Assembly (NCBI RefSeq): GCF_001194135.2
Contig: NC_068997.1
Coordinates: forward strand, 6,949,412-7,013,411
Direction: 5' to 3'
DNA: 64,000 nt
Source of the DNA: Octopus bimaculoides
Lineage: Eukaryota
The notes under the pieces were generated by a model. That model was not told the origin of the DNA. It did not search any database and saw only the letters and a program-made list of their open reading frames with translations. Made by a program: the position numbers and the translations under genes. Every line of letters starts with the position of its first letter. The stretch's first letter is position 1. Positions 62,560 through 64,000 of this stretch are shown here, piece by piece.

Positions 62560-64000
62560 CAGGAAGTTATTAAACATTTTGACATTTTAAAGATAGCTTA
62601 TTTTATCTTTTAATACTAAAAGATTTAGAAGCTTTGGAGAAAAACTAAGATAATTACTGCTATTTAGTTAGCAAATTTTTTTTTTTGTTCCGTTTTATAT
62701 TACAATATTTTGAAATCGGTTTTTGTATTTATTTGAAACGTTACATTTAACTAAACATGAGAGCTAATGGCTGCATTTCCTAGGAAACACTTCCAATTTC
62801 AAGGTAATTATTTCCAAGCAGAAATAAACCACAAGTTCACAAAGAATAAAATGGTACATTTTTATAAAATTTAGAATGGTAAAGAAGTTCCAATTCAAAT
62901 ATTGTAGAGCATCAGAATCTAATTCATTAATGATTCTGTCCTCAACACCTGTTAAAATAATTACTTCTTACACATATACAATACCACAGATTCATAAGGA
63001 TTTCAAGTCAAACAGATCAACAATTGTTCAGGACTTATTCTATCGACCCTGAAGAAATGAAGAGTTGAAGTAATCTGTTTGGGATTTGAACCTAGAGAAT
63101 GTAAGAACAACATTCAATATTATAAAGCATTTGGTGCCATGTTGTGCCATCCTTGCCACACACTCAAGACCTCAGGTTTTTAGGATGAATGTGACTTGTA
63201 ACATTCAAGTTCTTTTATAAAGACATCAGTGAAAGTCATCAATTAATAGTGTCTTTCTCTTAGCATGTAATTATCTCTAATTAACATTAATTTAACTATT
63301 GTTTTTCATGTGCATAGCAACTTGAGTAATTCATTCTCTCATCCTTAACAAATACACTCAACAAATTCATTGAGTACACTGAAACTATGCTTCATTGAAG
63401 AGATCTAATAAGGTTGGAAGAGCTGGAATAATTAAAATAATATTAGTCATTGATTACAATTATTCTTTATTCACAATATTTTTACTAACCAAAAGAGGGT
63501 TTGAAGAGTGAATAGTACATACAACAGGAATTGAAACTAAGCAGCATATATGACCCCCCCCCTCACATCCTCCATCACAATTTTTCCCATTGTAATGATT
63601 TTCTTTTGACTAATCTCAAGCCTAAATTTTAATGCCATATTCAATTGTAATGACTCCAGTTACTTAACGATAATTATATTTTAGTTTCCAGGGTCAGAAA
63701 AAAATATCAACTCAGAATGTAGCAAATATGAAATTAAAATGCTTATTTTAATTCCATATTCTACTGATGCTCATCAGCTCAAAGACTTCTGAATATAATA
63801 AAGCAAAATCTTTAATAAATTGGATAAATATGTGTAATAATGTGAAGATGATATTCTTGAAGACATCACTTATCTCAATAATGAAAACATACTTAGGTAC
63901 TATATTTTGTTTTGCTAGTTTTACCAATTCACAAGAAAAGGAAAATAATTGAGGAAAAAGTGTTTAAAGAGAAAAAAAGATTGAAAAGAAACAATGGTTT

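Overview
AT-rich, microsatellite- and retroposon-dense eukaryotic genomic DNA with six N gaps. The repeat families and gene structure point to a cephalopod, most likely Octopus; this is inferred, not database-checked. Two intron-containing genes converge. (1) On +, the last seven coding exons of a lysosomal beta-mannosidase (MANBA, GH2) lie at 1562-9578. They splice in frame to 442 aa, and there is a possible extra terminal exon at 10120-10198. (2) On -, four coding exons of a PP2C-like phosphatase of the Drosophila CG9801 type lie at 56334-56189, 39349-39230, 37681-37500 and 35555-34392. They splice in frame to 536 aa; the first coding exon was not located with confidence. The rest is mostly mobile-element debris: several tRNA-headed SINE families, RTE LINE fragments, R4/Dong-like fragments, a Penelope-like element, a fold-back mariner, and pogo/Tigger- and Mutator-type MITEs. 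The most interesting signals are hammerhead-ribozyme motifs. One near-complete motif sits downstream of the Penelope GIY-YIG remnant (48211-48267). Three decayed motifs sit in the tail of a tRNA-headed SINE-like family whose inserts carry inverted 5' tails (177-449, 6633-7075). Most ORFs in the supplied track are artefacts of microsatellites, gaps or repeats.
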